Shown here piece after piece: positions 18,252-27,676 of a stretch of DNA of 44,453 nucleotides (positions are counted from its first letter, which is position 1; each line of letters opens with the position of its first letter). Both the position numbers and the translations under genes were made by a program. Where the stretch lies: the NCBI GenBank assembly GCA_037128175.1, contig JBAXWY010000022.1, positions 1-44,453 on the forward strand, given 5' to 3'. The notes under the pieces were generated by a model, which searched no databases, was not told the DNA's origin, and saw only the letters and a program-made list of their open reading frames with translations. This stretch comes from Methanothrix sp. GTDB lineage: Archaea; Halobacteriota; Methanosarcinia; Methanotrichales; Methanotrichaceae.

Positions 18252-19892
18252 TTGGCAGGTTTGAGCGGCGTACCGATAATTATATTGAAAGAAGGAAGCA
18301 AACGAGATACAGGTAAAGATGCGCAGCGCAGGAACATCTTAGCTGCAAAGGCGGTCGCAGAGGCTGTTCGGACCACCCTTGGACCCAAAGGGATGGACAA
18401 GATGCTCATCGCCGGCGAAGAGGCAACCATCACCAATGACGGTGCCACCATTCTCAGAGAGATGGATATTGAGCACCCTGTGGCCAAGATGATTGTCGAG
18501 GTGGCAAAAGCCCAGGATGATGAGATTGGAGACGGCACCACCACGGCGGTGATAATCGCGGGCAAGCTGCTGGAAAAGGCCGAAGCGTTACTGGATATGG
18601 ATGTCCACCCCACAGTTATTGTGCAGGGATATAAGCAAGCTGCAGCCAGGGCGCAAAAAGTGCTTTCCGAGATGGCTATAGACGTCTCGGGCGACGAGCG
18701 CGTGCTTTTGAAGATTGCCCAGACAGCCATGCGAGGAAAGGGCATAGAGATCGCCATGGATACGCTGGCAAAAATATCTGTGGATGCAGCACGGGCTGTG
18801 GCCGGTTTTGAGGGCAAGGACATTGAAGAGAATATCAAGATCGTCCAGATCCCAGGCGGCAGAATCGAGGACTCTGTCATAAACTACGGCATAGTAATCG
18901 AGAAAGAGAGAACAACCCTGGAGATGCCAAAAAGCGTAGCGAATGCCAAGATTATGCTCCTGGAAGGCACTCTCGAGCTGAAGAAGCTGGATACGGATGC
19001 TAAGATCACTATTACAGAGGCCAAGAATCTCGCCAGCTTCAAAGAGGGCGAAGAGCTGGTTATAAGGTCTCAGGTTGATGCCATTGTCGCAGCCGGAGCC
19101 AATGTTGTCTTCTGCGAGAAGGGCATCGGCGTTTTTGCCCAAAACTATCTGGCAAGGCTGGGAATTTTAGCTGTTCGCCGGGTTAAGAGAGAAGATCTGA
19201 AGATGCTGGCATTGGCCACGGGGGCAAGGCTGGTGGGCGATGTGATGGTCGTCACTTCCAAGGATCTGGGATCTGCGGCTCTTGTGGAAGAGCGCAAGAT
19301 CGGCAAAGATAAGCACATGATCTTCGTGGAGGGCTGCGAGAAGGCCAAGGCAGTATCCATCATTCTGCACGGCGTATCGGAGCAGTTCTTAGAGGAGATG
19401 GAGCGCGCCCTGGATGATGCCCTCAATGTGGTAATGGACGTCATTCGCTCGGGAAAGATTGTACCTGGTGGAGGCGCTCCGGAGATCGTTGTGGCTGAGA
19501 ATCTGAGACAGTATGCATCCACCCTGGAAGGGCGAGAGCAATTGGCTGTCCGGGCCTTTGCCGATGCTGTGGAGTCCATCCCCCTGACCCTGGCTGAGAA
19601 CTCAGGTTTTGATCCCGTGGACAGCTTAGCGGCTCTGAGGGCCAAGAGCGGGCAAGGCATGAAGAACTTCGGGTTGAACTTAATAACGGGAGAGCCCGCC
19701 GATATGCTGGCTCTTGGCGTTGTAGAGCCCTTAAAGGTAAAAACCCAGGCCATCAAATCAGCAACCGAAGCTGCCACCATGGTTTTGCGGGTGGATGATG
19801 TCATCGCTGCCAAGAGAGAAGAGATGGCTCCCAAGCCCGGCCAGAGCCCGCATGACTACACCAGGCCTCCCATGCAGATGCCTCACTACTAA
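18252..19892 (+). CDS. Thermosome subunit (group II chaperonin)
   Basis: RTTLGPKGMDKML, ITNDGATIL, GDGTTT, VPGGGAPE, VVEPLKVK. Confidence 0.95.
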   Translation: MAGLSGVPIIILKEGSKRDTGKDAQRRNILAAKAVAEAVRTTLGPKGMDKMLIAGEEATITNDGATILREMDIEHPVAKMIVEVAKAQDDEIGDGTTTAVIIAGKLLEKAEALLDMDVHPTVIVQGYKQAAARAQKVLSEMAIDVSGDERVLLKIAQTAMRGKGIEIAMDTLAKISVDAARAVAGFEGKDIEENIKIVQIPGGRIEDSVINYGIVIEKERTTLEMPKSVANAKIMLLEGTLELKKLDTDAKITITEAKNLASFKEGEELVIRSQVDAIVAAGANVVFCEKGIGVFAQNYLARLGILAVRRVKREDLKMLALATGARLVGDVMVVTSKDLGSAALVEERKIGKDKHMIFVEGCEKAKAVSIILHGVSEQFLEEMERALDDALNVVMDVIRSGKIVPGGGAPEIVVAENLRQYASTLEGREQLAVRAFADAVESIPLTLAENSGFDPVDSLAALRAKSGQGMKNFGLNLITGEPADMLALGVVEPLKVKTQAIKSATEAATMVLRVDDVIAAKREEMAPKPGQSPHDYTRPPMQMPHY

Positions 19893-19957
19893 AGGAACAA
19901 GGAACTGAAAGGCGCCGGCAAAGCCGGCCCAATTCATTCTTTAATAACAAATGTTGG

Positions 19958-20461
19958 GTGGAGCTTATGGCGGATGCGGATACAGATGCGAAATCTGAGA
20001 CGAAACAGGATACTTCAGGCATGAATGTCGAGGAGCTGACAGAACTGCTCACCTTTGCCCAGGCCCTGGCAGAGGAACGGCTCGACCTCTTGATGCGCTG
20101 TCGGGCGGATCTGGACAATGTCATGAAAAGATCGGCTCGCGAGAAAGAGGATAATATAAGATACGCCTCTATGAAGCTCGTCTCAAAGCTTCTTCCCGTG
20201 CTCGACAGCCTGGATGTGGCGGCAAAGCATGACGAGGGCAGCAAGGTGCTCTACATGCAGCTGCTCGATATACTGTCGGGGGAAGGGCTCATGCCCATCG
20301 AGGCCAAGGGCGTGCGGTTTGATCCCTATCGGCATGAAGCTCTCTTTCAGGTCACGACACAAGAGCTGGAAGAGGGCATCGTGGCGGAAGAGATACAGAA
20401 GGGCTATATCTTCAATTCTCATGTCATTCGCTTCTCAAAGGTTGCAGTGGCGAAAAGATGA
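19958..20461 (+). CDS. grpE: Nucleotide exchange factor GrpE
   Basis: RCRADLDN, LLPVLDSL, FDPYRHEA, QKGY...VIRFSKVAV. Confidence 0.93.
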   Translation: MELMADADTDAKSETKQDTSGMNVEELTELLTFAQALAEERLDLLMRCRADLDNVMKRSAREKEDNIRYASMKLVSKLLPVLDSLDVAAKHDEGSKVLYMQLLDILSGEGLMPIEAKGVRFDPYRHEALFQVTTQELEEGIVAEEIQKGYIFNSHVIRFSKVAVAKR

Positions 20462-20521
20462 ATGATGATATGCTTAAATATTCACAAGTTGTGATAACTT
20501 TCAATTTCAGGAGATGAGATC

Positions 20522-22387
20522 TTGTCAAAAATTATCGGCATTGACCTTGGGACCAGCAATTCGGCGGCTGCAGTTCTAATCGGCGGCCGACCCACCATAA
20601 TTCCCAGCGCAGAAGGGACAAGCATCGGCGGCAAGGCATTTCCATCCTACGTGGCCTTTACAAAAGAGGGCCAGGTTCTGGTTGGTGAGCCTGCTAAGAG
20701 ACAATCAGTCACCAATCCGGATGGCACCATCCAGGGCATCAAACGCAAGATGGGCACGGACTACAAAGTCAAGGTTTATGGAAAGGAGTACAGCCCTGAG
20801 GATGTATCCGCCCAGATCCTGCGCAAGATCAAGACGGATGCAGAGACCTATCTGGCCGACACCGTGGATAAAGCCGTAATAACCGTCCCTGCCTACTTTA
20901 ATGACAACCAGAGGCAAGCGACCAAGGATGCCGGAACCATAGCTGGCCTAGAGGTTGTTCGCATCATCAATGAGCCTACGGCTGCAGCTCTGGCCTTTGG
21001 CCTGGATAAGGTGGGCGAGCACAAGATCATGGTCTTTGATCTGGGCGGCGGCACACTGGACGTCACCATCATGGAGATTGGCGAGGGCGTCTTCGAGGTC
21101 AAGTCCACCTCTGGTGATACCCAGCTTGGTGGCAGAGATATGGACGAAAGGCTGACAAATTTTGTCCTGGGGAAGTTCAAGCAGGAGTCGGGTATCGACC
21201 TGAAGGGCGATTCCATGGCCATGCAGCGTTTGCGGGAAGCGGTAGAAGTAGCCAAGATCGAGCTATCCAGCGTGATGCAGACCAACCTTAATCTGCCTTA
21301 CATTACAGCGAACGCGAGCGGCCCCAAGCACCTTTCCATGACTCTGGACCGCTCCAAGCTCGATGAACTCATCCAGGATGTCATTGAGCGCTGTCGCGGT
21401 CCCATGACCCAGGCCTTGCGGGACAGCAAGCTGGAGAAATCAGAGATCGGCAAGATCATATTGGTGGGCGGTCCTACCAGGATGCCTATTGTGCAGGAGT
21501 TCGTAAAGGGCTTCATGGGCAAGGAAATTGAGCGTGGTGTTGACCCCATGGAATGCGTGGCTATGGGTGCAGCCATTCAGGCGGGCGTTTTGGGCGGCGA
21601 AGTCAAGGATCTGCTGCTATTGGACGTAACACCTCTCTCCCTGGGCATTGAGACTTTGGGCTCTGTCACCACCAAGCTGATTGAACGGAATACCACCATT
21701 CCCACTCGAAATAGCCAGATATTCACAACGGCTGCAGATAATCAGACAAGTGTTGAGGTCAATGTGCTGCAGGGCGAAAGGCCTCTGGCCAAAGACAATG
21801 TCTCTTTGGGAAGGTTTACATTGGTGGGCATTCCGCCCTCTTCTCGCGGCATTCCCCAGATCGAGGTCACCTTCGACATTGATGCCAACGGCATCATTCA
21901 TGTCTCGGCCAAGGATCTGGCCACCAAGAAGGAGCAGAATATGACCATTACTGCGCCTCACAAACTGAGCAAGGATGAAATCAATGCCAAGATCAAAGAC
22001 GCAGAGCGTTTCGCTGCCGATGACCTGAAGAGAAAGGAAGAGATTGAGGTCAAGAATGCGGCTGACTCTCTGGCCTACGCCTCGGAGAAGATGCTCAAAG
22101 AGGCAGGCGATGTGGCCAGCGCCGAGCAGAAGGAGAAGATCGAGAAGGCCATTGCTGACCTGAAGAATGCCCAGACGGGAGGCGAGATCTCCGAGATCAA
22201 GGCCAAGACCGAGATCCTGCAAAGCGCAGTTTACGAGCTGTCTGCTGCCATGTACCAGAAGGCGGCATCGGATCAGCAAGAAAAGCAGCAAGCATCGCAG
22301 GGTGCGGGCGCAGGTCAAGAGTCCGGTCAGGGGCAGTCGGATCAGACCGTAGATGCCGACTATGAAGTAGTAAACGATAAGAAGTGA
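20522..22387 (+). CDS. dnaK: Chaperone DnaK (Hsp70)
   Basis: [44 protein letters not shown]. Confidence 0.98.
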   Translation: MSKIIGIDLGTSNSAAAVLIGGRPTIIPSAEGTSIGGKAFPSYVAFTKEGQVLVGEPAKRQSVTNPDGTIQGIKRKMGTDYKVKVYGKEYSPEDVSAQILRKIKTDAETYLADTVDKAVITVPAYFNDNQRQATKDAGTIAGLEVVRIINEPTAAALAFGLDKVGEHKIMVFDLGGGTLDVTIMEIGEGVFEVKSTSGDTQLGGRDMDERLTNFVLGKFKQESGIDLKGDSMAMQRLREAVEVAKIELSSVMQTNLNLPYITANASGPKHLSMTLDRSKLDELIQDVIERCRGPMTQALRDSKLEKSEIGKIILVGGPTRMPIVQEFVKGFMGKEIERGVDPMECVAMGAAIQAGVLGGEVKDLLLLDVTPLSLGIETLGSVTTKLIERNTTIPTRNSQIFTTAADNQTSVEVNVLQGERPLAKDNVSLGRFTLVGIPPSSRGIPQIEVTFDIDANGIIHVSAKDLATKKEQNMTITAPHKLSKDEINAKIKDAERFAADDLKRKEEIEVKNAADSLAYASEKMLKEAGDVASAEQKEKIEKAIADLKNAQTGGEISEIKAKTEILQSAVYELSAAMYQKAASDQQEKQQASQGAGAGQESGQGQSDQTVDADYEVVNDKK

Positions 22388-22464
22388 CGAAGTAAGTCAC
22401 GAAGTGGCAAGGCAAGCAAATTGGACCGCTCTAAGAAATGACGTCACAAGGGACTGAATAAAAA

Positions 22465-23634
22465 ATGTCGGAGAAGAAGGACTACTACGAGGTCTTGGGA
22501 GTACCCAAGGATTCGAGCGAGAAGGACCTCAAGGGAGCTTACCGCAAGCTCGCCATGAAGTATCATCCCGACAGATCGGAAGAGCCCGATGCTGAGGAGA
22601 AGTTCAAGGAGCTATCCGAGGCCTATGCAGTCCTCTCCGATCCGGAAAAGCGGCAGAAGTACGACCAGTTCGGCCATGTCGGAATCAACAGCCAGTACTC
22701 GCAAGAGGACCTGTTCCGCGGGGTGAACTTCGAGGATCTGCTGCGCGGTTTCGGTGGCGGAGGAAGAGGTGGCGGAGAGAGCATATTTGATATGTTCTTC
22801 GGGGGCGGTGGCCGGGGCCGCGGGCCCGCTCGTGGCCGGGATCTGCGCTACGATGTCCAACTTACTTTGGAGCGGGCGGCTACTGGTCTGGAATCGACCA
22901 TTGAGGTGCCGCGTACAGAGAGCTGCCCCACCTGCCACGGTAGCGGGGCCAAGCCCGGCACCAGCCCCACCACCTGTAGCAACTGCCGGGGCACGGGCCA
23001 GATCACCCGTGCTCAGAACACTCCCTTCGGACAGATGGTCACCTCCGCGGCCTGCCCCAAGTGCGGCGGCCGGGGGCAGATCATCGTCGCTCCCTGCGGG
23101 GATTGCTCCGGCTCGGGAAGGGTACGAAAGAATCGCAAGATCAACATCAAGATCCCGCCGGGCGTGGAGGACGGCCAGCACCTCAAGCTGCGCGGCCAAG
23201 GGGATGCCGCCGGGCCTGGAGGGGAGAGCGGAGACCTTTACGTGGGCATAAACGTCCTGCCTCACCCCATGTTCCAGCGTGTGGACAGCGATCTGCTCCT
23301 GGAGACGCCCATCAGCTTCACTCAGGCGGCGCTGGGCGCAGAGCTGGAGGTCCCCACCTTAGGAGGAAGGGCCAAGATAAAGGTGCCGACAGGGACGCAG
23401 ACGGGAACCGTCTTCCGGCTGAGGGGAAAGGGCATGCCCCGGCTGCAGGGCCTGGGCAGCGGCGATTTACATGTCAAGGTTAAGATTAAAACGCCTTCCT
23501 CGCTGACGGGGCGGCAAAAGCAGCTCTTAGAGGCGCTGGCTGCGGAGTTTGGCGAGACGAAAAAGAAGCAGACGGAGAAGGAGAAGAGCCTCATCGACAA
23601 GATCGTGGATGAGGTCAAGAGCGCAGTGCAGTAG
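22465..23634 (+). CDS. dnaJ: Chaperone DnaJ
   Basis: J-domain with HPD, G/F region, four CxxCxGxG repeats. Confidence 0.98.
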   Translation: MSEKKDYYEVLGVPKDSSEKDLKGAYRKLAMKYHPDRSEEPDAEEKFKELSEAYAVLSDPEKRQKYDQFGHVGINSQYSQEDLFRGVNFEDLLRGFGGGGRGGGESIFDMFFGGGGRGRGPARGRDLRYDVQLTLERAATGLESTIEVPRTESCPTCHGSGAKPGTSPTTCSNCRGTGQITRAQNTPFGQMVTSAACPKCGGRGQIIVAPCGDCSGSGRVRKNRKINIKIPPGVEDGQHLKLRGQGDAAGPGGESGDLYVGINVLPHPMFQRVDSDLLLETPISFTQAALGAELEVPTLGGRAKIKVPTGTQTGTVFRLRGKGMPRLQGLGSGDLHVKVKIKTPSSLTGRQKQLLEALAAEFGETKKKQTEKEKSLIDKIVDEVKSAVQ

Positions 23635-23661
23635 TTAGTTCTTTTTCTATTGGACTTTTTT

Positions 23662-23723
23662 CTTGGGTCTCGTTCAACTCGTTGCCCAAGGAGTCCCCAT
23701 CTCTTCTGGGTGGGGTAGTTGAC
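23662..23723. mobile_element. Solitary IS200/IS605-superfamily end remnant
   Basis: Hairpin CCCCATCT-CTTCT-GGGTGGGG followed by TAGTTGAC; minus strand reads GTCAACTACCCC...GGGG...GAGTTGAACGAGACCCAAG. Confidence 0.55.
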
Positions 23724-23898
23724 TCCAAATCTTAATACGCAAATAATTTAATTATTAATATAATATGTGCAATTAATAAGGCTTTCTAAAATTTTGATAA
23801 AGTATTTATCGAGGAAGGATAGCAAGTAAGGATACAGGACTAGCACGAATTTACAGTTAATAGAAAATTCGTCACACTACATGGATGTTTAAAGGAGG

Positions 23899-25632
23899 AT
23901 GTGTTTTATGAAACCATTATTTTTGGTCTTTCTAATGGGCATGCTGATTTTATCTTCATCAGGATGCTGCAAAAGCATCGACATAAATCAAAGCCTGCTC
24001 GAAGGATACCCGATTGCATCCGATGTTTTTACGACGCTCGATAAGACGATCGTGCCAGGCTCAATACCTCCGGGTTCGGAGAAGGTTCTTCCTTATGAGA
24101 TTTCAAAATTCAAGCAAAACGGCTATGGCAACTGGAGTTATGGACCTGGTATCGATTCTGTAAAGCGGCTCGACATTATGCCGGCCAATTATAGCGGTCC
24201 ATCAGTCCCCAATTCTACAAGACTTCTGAATTTCTTTACTATAACCGACATCCATATCACCGACAAAGAATCTCCTGCTCAGGCGATCTATGAGGGCTAC
24301 AAAGGTGGTTCTTCTTCGGCATATTCGCCGGTCATGCTGTATACAACTCAGGTTCTCAACGCAGCCGTCCAGACGATAAATGCCATTCACAAACAAAATC
24401 CCTTTGATTTCGGTATATCTCTGGGCGATACATGCAACAGCAATCAGTACAACGAACTAAGATGGTATATCGATGTCCTTGACGGCAAGAATATAAATCC
24501 TGATTCCGGTGCCAAAGATGATCCAATCCCCGGACCTTATAATGATTATCAGGACGAATACAAGGCGGCAGGGCTTAATAAGACGATCAATTGGTATCAG
24601 ACTCTCGGCAACCACGATCATTTCTGGATGGGCTTCCTGCCGCCCAATGATTATATCCGACAGAGTGTAACCGGTAATGACATACTCAACCTAGGTAATC
24701 CGTTCATCGACCCTCTCGGCCTAGATAGTCGTGGCTCTTACATGGGCTCAATAGATGGCCGGTCGCCTTACGGTGACATCATTGGCGTTGGGCCTGCCAA
24801 AGACTTCGCAATACCTCCGAAGGTACTTGCAGCCGATCCGAACCGCCGTTCACTATCGAGAGAGGAGTGGATAAGCGAATTTTTTAATACATCATCAAGT
24901 CCGATGGGACATGGATTCAATCAATCTAACGTAAAAACGGGATTCGCATGCTATACTTTTGAGCCGAACAAAACGAGTTTACCGATCAAGGTTATCGTGC
25001 TCGACGATACCCAAAGGAACGATGACCCCAACGATCCCGATACGCTCGGCTATGGGAATGGATCTCTCGGCTATGGGCACGGTTCTCTTGACAGTGAGCG
25101 CTATAACTGGCTCGTAAGTGAACTTGATAAGGGTCAGACTGAAGGTAAGCTTATGATCATCGCGGCGCACATACCGATAGGCGTCGAGCACACAGGTTCC
25201 ATGATGTGTTGGAACCCAACAGCCGAAGCAGAGCTGATTGCCAAACTGCATTCATATCCGAATCTAATCCTGTGGATCGCGGGACATCGTCATATCAATA
25301 CAATTACTGCATTTAAATCCCCGGATGATGAGCGTCCTGAACTCGGCTTCTGGGAGGCGGAAACCTCATCATTAAGGGATTTCCCTCAGCAGCTGCGCAC
25401 TTTCGAGATCGTCCGCAACAGCGACAATACGGTTTCAATCTTTGTAACCGACGTTGATCCTGCAGTCAAAGACGGGTCGCTTGCTGCGATATCGCGTTCT
25501 TATGCGATCGCGGCTCAGCAGATATTCAACAATCCGTTAGCGGTAAAGCCTACGGGTTCGTACAATGCCGAGCTTGTCAAACAATTAACTCCGGAAATGC
25601 AGGAGAAATTAAGGAGCAAGACCAGTCAATAG
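23899..25632 (+). CDS. Secreted calcineurin-like metallophosphoesterase (RPA4764/TIGR03768-like)
   Basis: Signal peptide; TDIHITDKESPAQ, LGDTCN, LGNHDH, AAHIP, AGHRH, ETSSLRDFPQQ. Confidence 0.82.
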   Translation: MCFMKPLFLVFLMGMLILSSSGCCKSIDINQSLLEGYPIASDVFTTLDKTIVPGSIPPGSEKVLPYEISKFKQNGYGNWSYGPGIDSVKRLDIMPANYSGPSVPNSTRLLNFFTITDIHITDKESPAQAIYEGYKGGSSSAYSPVMLYTTQVLNAAVQTINAIHKQNPFDFGISLGDTCNSNQYNELRWYIDVLDGKNINPDSGAKDDPIPGPYNDYQDEYKAAGLNKTINWYQTLGNHDHFWMGFLPPNDYIRQSVTGNDILNLGNPFIDPLGLDSRGSYMGSIDGRSPYGDIIGVGPAKDFAIPPKVLAADPNRRSLSREEWISEFFNTSSSPMGHGFNQSNVKTGFACYTFEPNKTSLPIKVIVLDDTQRNDDPNDPDTLGYGNGSLGYGHGSLDSERYNWLVSELDKGQTEGKLMIIAAHIPIGVEHTGSMMCWNPTAEAELIAKLHSYPNLILWIAGHRHINTITAFKSPDDERPELGFWEAETSSLRDFPQQLRTFEIVRNSDNTVSIFVTDVDPAVKDGSLAAISRSYAIAAQQIFNNPLAVKPTGSYNAELVKQLTPEMQEKLRSKTSQ

Positions 25633-25781
25633 GCTGCCTGGGCTCGGCAGCAGATCCCGTGATTCCCTGGGCTCCTTGAAGAACCAGGGCACAATCGATG
25701 GAGGCTACCCGAGGATGGATATCAGAGTTAGGCTCGCACAATCCGATCAGATTCTGCCATTTCCTTTCCCTGACCAAAATC

Positions 25782-26393
25782 TCACCCGAGCAGCGCTCCA
25801 CCCGCGATCCGGTGCTCGCCCTCGCTATCGTGCACGATGCACTCGCCGTCCTTTCCGGCCTCGCCCCTCTCGAAGTCCCGGTATCTTTCCAAAAGAGCGA
25901 TGGCCTCCTGGGTCTCGAAGAGATAACGCATAATGAGCTGCTCTGCCATCTTATCCGCCTCGCCGGACGTGATCTTGCCCCCCAGACCCCGGCACTCCGA
26001 GCACATCAATTCGCCGTTATCTAAATAGAACGGGTAGGTGCGACAGAGCATGGGCCGGTCACGGTAAACAGAGCACCGGCCATTTTGATAAAACCGGCAG
26101 GATTCGCCCTCTTTTTTTAGCCTCCACTCCAGGGTATGAAAGCAGCCGTCTTTGTCCCACTCACCATCCGTCGGCGGGCTCACCACATCCAGCCACTGCA
26201 GGCCCGTGGCTATCAGGATCTGTCTTATCTCCTGAGGAAATACGACCACGCTGTTGTCTTCTCCCCGGCAGCATTCCCCGCATTGCAGGCAGTGAAACCC
26301 TACTATCTGTATCCGAGTGGCCAGCTCTGCCGGGTTGAGCTTTTTCCCATCCAAGAATGCTTCATTCAGCTCAGAAATCCTATCTTCTCTCAT
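25782..26393 (-). CDS. YkgJ family Cys-cluster (putative Fe-S/Zn) protein
   Basis: FHCLQCGECC, CRFY..GRCSVY..RPMLCRTYPF, ECRG; ATGA overlap with the guaAA stop. Confidence 0.88.
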   Translation of the reverse strand: MREDRISELNEAFLDGKKLNPAELATRIQIVGFHCLQCGECCRGEDNSVVVFPQEIRQILIATGLQWLDVVSPPTDGEWDKDGCFHTLEWRLKKEGESCRFYQNGRCSVYRDRPMLCRTYPFYLDNGELMCSECRGLGGKITSGEADKMAEQLIMRYLFETQEAIALLERYRDFERGEAGKDGECIVHDSEGEHRIAGGALLG

Positions 26394-26935
26394 CTCTTGC
26401 ATAGAGCAATGAAATTGTCCAAAAGCTCCAGGCCGTGCTCGGTGTGCACGACCTCGGGATGCCACTGCACGCCGTACAGCGGCCTTGTCATGTGCTTCAT
26501 GGCCTCTATCTCGCAGACGTTCGACCTGGCCAGGATCTCAAAGCCTGGGGGAAGCTCCGACACCAGGTCCATGTGCGAGGCCCAGGTCTTGAAATTGGCC
26601 GGCAGGCCCTTCAAGATGTCGTCTTCCTTGACTACCCTCACATTCACCTCCGCATAGCCGCCCATGCTGCCTGCAACCACTTTTCCCCCAAGGGTGGTGC
26701 CCATGAGCTGCATGCCCAGGCAAATACCAAGAATGGGGATATCAAGGTCCCTCAGATAATCCGCGCAGCGCCCGGCGCGCTCAAGTGTAGGTCCTCCTCC
26801 CAGGATGAGGCCGTTGGCGTCGATCTCCTCCGGCGGCGTCTGGTTGGAGATGAGGTCCGTCTCCACCTTTTCCCGGATGGCGCGCCTGATAAGGTGATTG
26901 AACTGTCCATAGTTGTTGACTACAAGTATTCGCAT
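26390..26935 (-). CDS. guaAA: GMP synthase glutamine amidotransferase subunit A
   Basis: NNYGQFNHLI, GICLGMQ, WASHMD, GVQWHPEV. Confidence 0.93.
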   Translation of the reverse strand: MRILVVNNYGQFNHLIRRAIREKVETDLISNQTPPEEIDANGLILGGGPTLERAGRCADYLRDLDIPILGICLGMQLMGTTLGGKVVAGSMGGYAEVNVRVVKEDDILKGLPANFKTWASHMDLVSELPPGFEILARSNVCEIEAMKHMTRPLYGVQWHPEVVHTEHGLELLDNFIALCKR

Positions 26936-27025
26936 TGCCTAATCTTGCAGCGTATTATAATGATATATTTTTTGGCGAAATCTTAGCGTACAAATTTATA
27001 TGAATACAGATCTTATGTTCTACGT

Positions 27026-27532
27026 ATGATGCAACCTTTTCAAAGCGTATTGATCGGAGAAGCATTGGTGGGAGAAGGGCCGGAGATCGCACATATCGAT
27101 CTCGTAATTGGGCCCAAAGGCAGCTACGTAGAGCAGGCATTTGTCAGTGCCCTGGCCTCGCCCGCCAAGGGGCATACTCCATTGCTGGCGGTCTTAGAGC
27201 CCAACCTGCCCGCCAAGCCCTCCACCCTTATGGTAAACAAGGTCACCATCAAGGGTGCCGGACAGGCAATACTCATATTCGGCCCTGCCCAGGCGGCTGT
27301 GGCCGAGGCGGTAATGGACTGCGTGGCGGAAGGGACCCTGCCCCAGGAGCTGGCCGAGGAACTGATGATTATCGTATCCTTGTTCATAGAGTGGGATGCA
27401 AAAGACAAGAAAAAGATCTATGAATATAACTATCAGGCTACAAAGCTGGCCATCGAGCGTGCTGTAGCCAGGAACCCCAAGGTCTCGGAAATACTGGCCA
27501 AGAAAGACTCTGCAAAACATCCCTTTGCTTAG
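27026..27532 (+). CDS. fae: Formaldehyde-activating enzyme (stand-alone)
   Basis: IGEALVGEGPEIAHIDL, GHTPLLAVLEPNL, FGPAQAAVA, YNYQATKLAI, HPF. Confidence 0.93.
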   Translation: MMQPFQSVLIGEALVGEGPEIAHIDLVIGPKGSYVEQAFVSALASPAKGHTPLLAVLEPNLPAKPSTLMVNKVTIKGAGQAILIFGPAQAAVAEAVMDCVAEGTLPQELAEELMIIVSLFIEWDAKDKKKIYEYNYQATKLAIERAVARNPKVSEILAKKDSAKHPFA

Positions 27533-27676
27533 ATGGGATTCATATGAAATTGCCAATGACGGTGTAGAGCTAACAAGCCCTCAATGTGAAAAAAAGATTC
27601 ATAAATGCCAGGAATAACTTTTGGTCATGAAATTTTCAAGTTCGAGTGAGATAGTGAGAAAAAGGAGAGTGAGGAG

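Noticed and set aside
25782-26393. YkgJ Cys-cluster protein as the RiPP maturase
   Set aside because: Lacks the CxxxCxxC radical SAM motif, is 17 kb away and is coupled to guaAA.
26394-26465. N-terminal extension of the YkgJ ORF
   Set aside because: Overlaps guaAA; the ATGA-coupled start at 26393 is more plausible.
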